This document shows positions 14,099 to 16,479 of a stretch of DNA of 16,479 nt, piece after piece. How positions within the stretch are numbered: position 1 is the stretch's first letter; each line of letters starts with the position of its first letter. This DNA is from an uncultured archaeon. GTDB lineage: Archaea > Thermoplasmatota > Penumbrarchaeia > JASLWR01. The stretch is taken from the NCBI GenBank assembly GCA_964342815.1, contig CAYFHS010000020.1:1-16479 (forward strand). The letters run 5' to 3'. A program made the translations under genes and the position numbers. Under the pieces are notes generated by a model. It had not been told where the DNA came from. It did not search any database and worked only from the letters and a program-made list of their open reading frames with translations.

Positions 14099-16479
14099 AT
14101 GAGGATATTAAAGTACTGCATCGTGCTGATATTGATAATAATGCTACACACTGGGATGTTCATGGGATTGTTGGATAATTCCACAGGCGGGTATGTTCCC
14201 CCACCAGAAAGAAAGCGGGGTGATGCTCCCCCGTCATTAGTAGTGGATAACACGCCTTCTACGGCAAACACGGGTGAGATGTTCAATTTCTCTGCGAATT
14301 TTTCCGATGATTTTTCCGTAACGGATGTTTATGTGAATTATACTTACGACAACAATTCGTACTATAACATTTCTATGAACAATGTCTTTAATGAAACATG
14401 GAACGCCACAATAACAATAAATCAAACTGCACTTACACTGGATTATTACTTTATATATGTGGATAATGCCACAAACACCAATTCTTCACAGCTAACACGA
14501 ATAACCATCTTGGATACGATCCCACCCGTATCTGAAGCGGGACCCGATATCGAGGTGCCGCAATATGGTGCTCTCTGGTTTGATGGCAGCGGAAGCGAGG
14601 ATAATCGGGGTATAATAAATTATACATGGTTCTGGTGGTGCCACTTTTGCCATATATTCAAATATGCATATGGTGAAATTGTAAATATGTCCTGGCTTAC
14701 GGACATGGTTGATAATATCACAATGAATCTAACCGTTCGGGATGCAGCAGGAAATGAAGATCTCGATTCAATGGTTATTTTGATCCTCGACCGTGAAACT
14801 CCCATAGCCGAAATCGGAGATGACCTGTATATCGTGGACCAGTTCCAGCTTGTAAATTTCAATGCTTACAATAGTTGGGATAATGTCGAAATAACGAATT
14901 ATACCTGGATATTTGATGAGAATAATACCGATATATACCTCTACGGGATCTCTGTGAATTATTCGTTTAGTTTTCACGGTGAATATATCGTTGCGTTGAG
15001 GGTCACCGATGGAGAGGGGAACAGCGGGCCCGGCAGCTGGGATTCGATAAGAGTTATAGTTCTCGATATCTCTCCGCCCATAGCTAATGCAGGAGAGGAT
15101 GTCGTAATCGACCAGTTCATGACAGTGGTATTTAACGGCAGCGGGAGTACGGAAATGGTCGATTATGTCTGGAATTTTACTCATAATCGAGTTATGCAGT
15201 ATTTAACTGGGGTTTCACCGGAATACCATTTCTACAGCGCGGGAGTATATCTGGTGACATTGAATGTAAGCGATTGGCGGGACAATTGGTGTCTGGATAC
15301 CATGACGGTGACGGTTCTGGACATTGAAGATCCTGTTGCCAAGGCCGGGGAGGACCTGGAGATACTTTTGGGTGAATTCTTCGTACTGAACGCCAGTAAC
15401 AGCTGGGATATGGTGTCTGTGGTTAACTATTCCTGGAGTTTTTATTACAACGGTACGGATCATGTACTATATGGAGAAGAATTGACATTCGCATTCGAAC
15501 TGATGGGTGTTTATAATATAACCCTTCGTGTTGAAGACGAAAGGGGAAATTACGGGACTGATGTTTGCACGGTAACCACAATCGACCGTAAAGATCCACA
15601 GGTAAATGCCGGATCGGATATAGTGATCAATGAAGGGGGAACTGCAGTTCTCGATGGAAGTGGAACAACCGATCATTCGCCCATTGCAAATTACAGCTGG
15701 TCTTTTACATACTACGGTAACGAAAAAAAGTTATACGGAGTGAAGGTCTCCTTCGGCTTCGATATTCCGGGAGTTTATAACGTCTTTTTGCTTGTAAAAG
15801 ATATTTGGGGAAATGTTGGTTGGGATAATTTGCTGATCAGAGTGATGGACACGACACCACCTACCGCCTATGCGGGGGATAATATATTAACTACTGAAGG
15901 AAAGACCGTCATCCTGAACGGCAGCGGTGAAGATAACGTTGGAATTTCGAATTACAGCTGGAGATTTGAATACAACGGAGAGCTTCATCAATTATTTGGA
16001 AAATTGGTGCCATTTACGTTTGAGCTTGCCGGAAACTATACTATCTACTTGAAGGTCCGAGACGATGATGGTAACGTGGGAAACGACTCTATATGGGTGA
16101 ATGTTACTCCTCTTTTGTCGGATGATGATCCCGATGATGACGATAATGATGACGACAGCGATACTGGTGAAAGTTCCTCTGATCTCGACAAAATCAAGAT
16201 ATTGATCTCGGTGGCCGTGATTGTCGTATTTATTGTAGTATATTTGATCATTATAATATCGAAGAGGCGGAAGGAGCAGCAGTCATCATTGACACTTGAT
16301 GGTATTGAGGATGAAAGTATTGGTGAAACGGTGGATGAAGGTATTGAGGAAACGGTTGGTGAAAGTATTGAGGAAACGGTGGATGAAGGTATTGAGGAAA
16401 CGGTGGATGAAGGTATTGAGGAAACGGTGGATGAAAGTATTGAGGAAACGGTTGATGAAAGTTTTGAGGATACGGTTGA
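14099..16479 (+). CDS. Surface protein with six PKD domains, TM anchor and repetitive acidic cytoplasmic tail (3'-truncated; absent from the ORF track because it has no stop in the window)
   Basis: GGGTGAT RBS at 14088-14094, ATG at 14099. Manual translation is open to the window end: MRILKYCIVLILIIMLHTGMFMGLL (signal), an Ig-like unit, then PKD units PVSEAGPD, PIAEIGDD, PIANAGED, PVAKAGED, PQVNAGSD and PTAYAGDN. These are followed by DDDPDDDDNDDD, TM ILISVAVIVVFIVVYLIIIIS, KRRK and the repeats. Confidence 0.9.
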   Translation, partial: MRILKYCIVLILIIMLHTGMFMGLLDNSTGGYVPPPERKRGDAPPSLVVDNTPSTANTGEMFNFSANFSDDFSVTDVYVNYTYDNNSYYNISMNNVFNETWNATITINQTALTLDYYFIYVDNATNTNSSQLTRITILDTIPPVSEAGPDIEVPQYGALWFDGSGSEDNRGIINYTWFWWCHFCHIFKYAYGEIVNMSWLTDMVDNITMNLTVRDAAGNEDLDSMVILILDRETPIAEIGDDLYIVDQFQLVNFNAYNSWDNVEITNYTWIFDENNTDIYLYGISVNYSFSFHGEYIVALRVTDGEGNSGPGSWDSIRVIVLDISPPIANAGEDVVIDQFMTVVFNGSGSTEMVDYVWNFTHNRVMQYLTGVSPEYHFYSAGVYLVTLNVSDWRDNWCLDTMTVTVLDIEDPVAKAGEDLEILLGEFFVLNASNSWDMVSVVNYSWSFYYNGTDHVLYGEELTFAFELMGVYNITLRVEDERGNYGTDVCTVTTIDRKDPQVNAGSDIVINEGGTAVLDGSGTTDHSPIANYSWSFTYYGNEKKLYGVKVSFGFDIPGVYNVFLLVKDIWGNVGWDNLLIRVMDTTPPTAYAGDNILTTEGKTVILNGSGEDNVGISNYSWRFEYNGELHQLFGKLVPFTFELAGNYTIYLKVRDDDGNVGNDSIWVNVTPLLSDDDPDDDDNDDDSDTGESSSDLDKIKILISVAVIVVFIVVYLIIIISKRRKEQQSSLTLDGIEDESIGETVDEGIEETVGESIEETVDEGIEETVDEGIEETVDESIEETVDESFEDTV
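16310..16479 (+). repeat. Coding 24-bp tandem repeat (at least 7 copies) encoding DE(G/S)IEETV
   Basis: Units start at 16310, 16334, 16358, 16382, 16406, 16430 and 16454, with consensus gatgaaRgtattgaggaaacggtK. They are in frame with the ATG at 14099 and continue off the window edge. Confidence 0.95.

Noticed and set aside
14065-16251. Short minus-strand ORFs listed in the track for this region
   Set aside because: They are antisense to the long open plus-strand PKD gene starting at 14099, which the track missed because it has no stop codon in the window.
16310-16479. Regularly spaced repeats as a possible CRISPR array
   Set aside because: Units are directly adjacent with no unique spacers, are a multiple of 3, and lie in frame within a CDS; no cas genes are in the window.

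Overview
AT-moderate window that looks archaeal: GGTGA/GGAGG ribosome-binding sites, TATA-like promoters, SAMP-like ubiquitin-fold proteins and large acidic surface proteins. A Thermoplasmatota-like host is an inference, not a database result. Left to right it contains: the 3' end of a hypothetical gene with a hairpin terminator; a ~2,060-aa minus-strand type-I membrane protein (signal peptide, four LamG/ConA-like domains, cadherin/FN3/CARDB-like Ig domains, TM helix, intact Hanks-type Ser/Thr kinase); a minus-strand sulfur/Fe-S group (two MoaD/ThiS ubiquitin-like proteins, larE, a NifU-domain protein); a divergent Cys-rich HTH regulator; a triple-thioredoxin-fold/CcdA-like membrane protein; a ~270-bp highly structured intergenic element; and two plus-strand PKD-repeat surface proteins. 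One PKD protein carries an N-terminal rhodanese-like plus NosD-like beta-helix region. The other starts at 14099, runs off the window, is missing from the ORF track, and has a CxxCH motif and a 24-bp tandem-repeat tail. Best candidates for novelty: (1) the lectin-like receptor kinase with eukaryote-like topology, nested LamG insertions and an in-frame G12 tract; (2) a [4Fe-4S]-type LarE flanked by sulfur carriers and an Fe-S carrier; (3) the structured element upstream of the ccdA-like gene. All family assignments come from motif recognition by eye; no searches were run.
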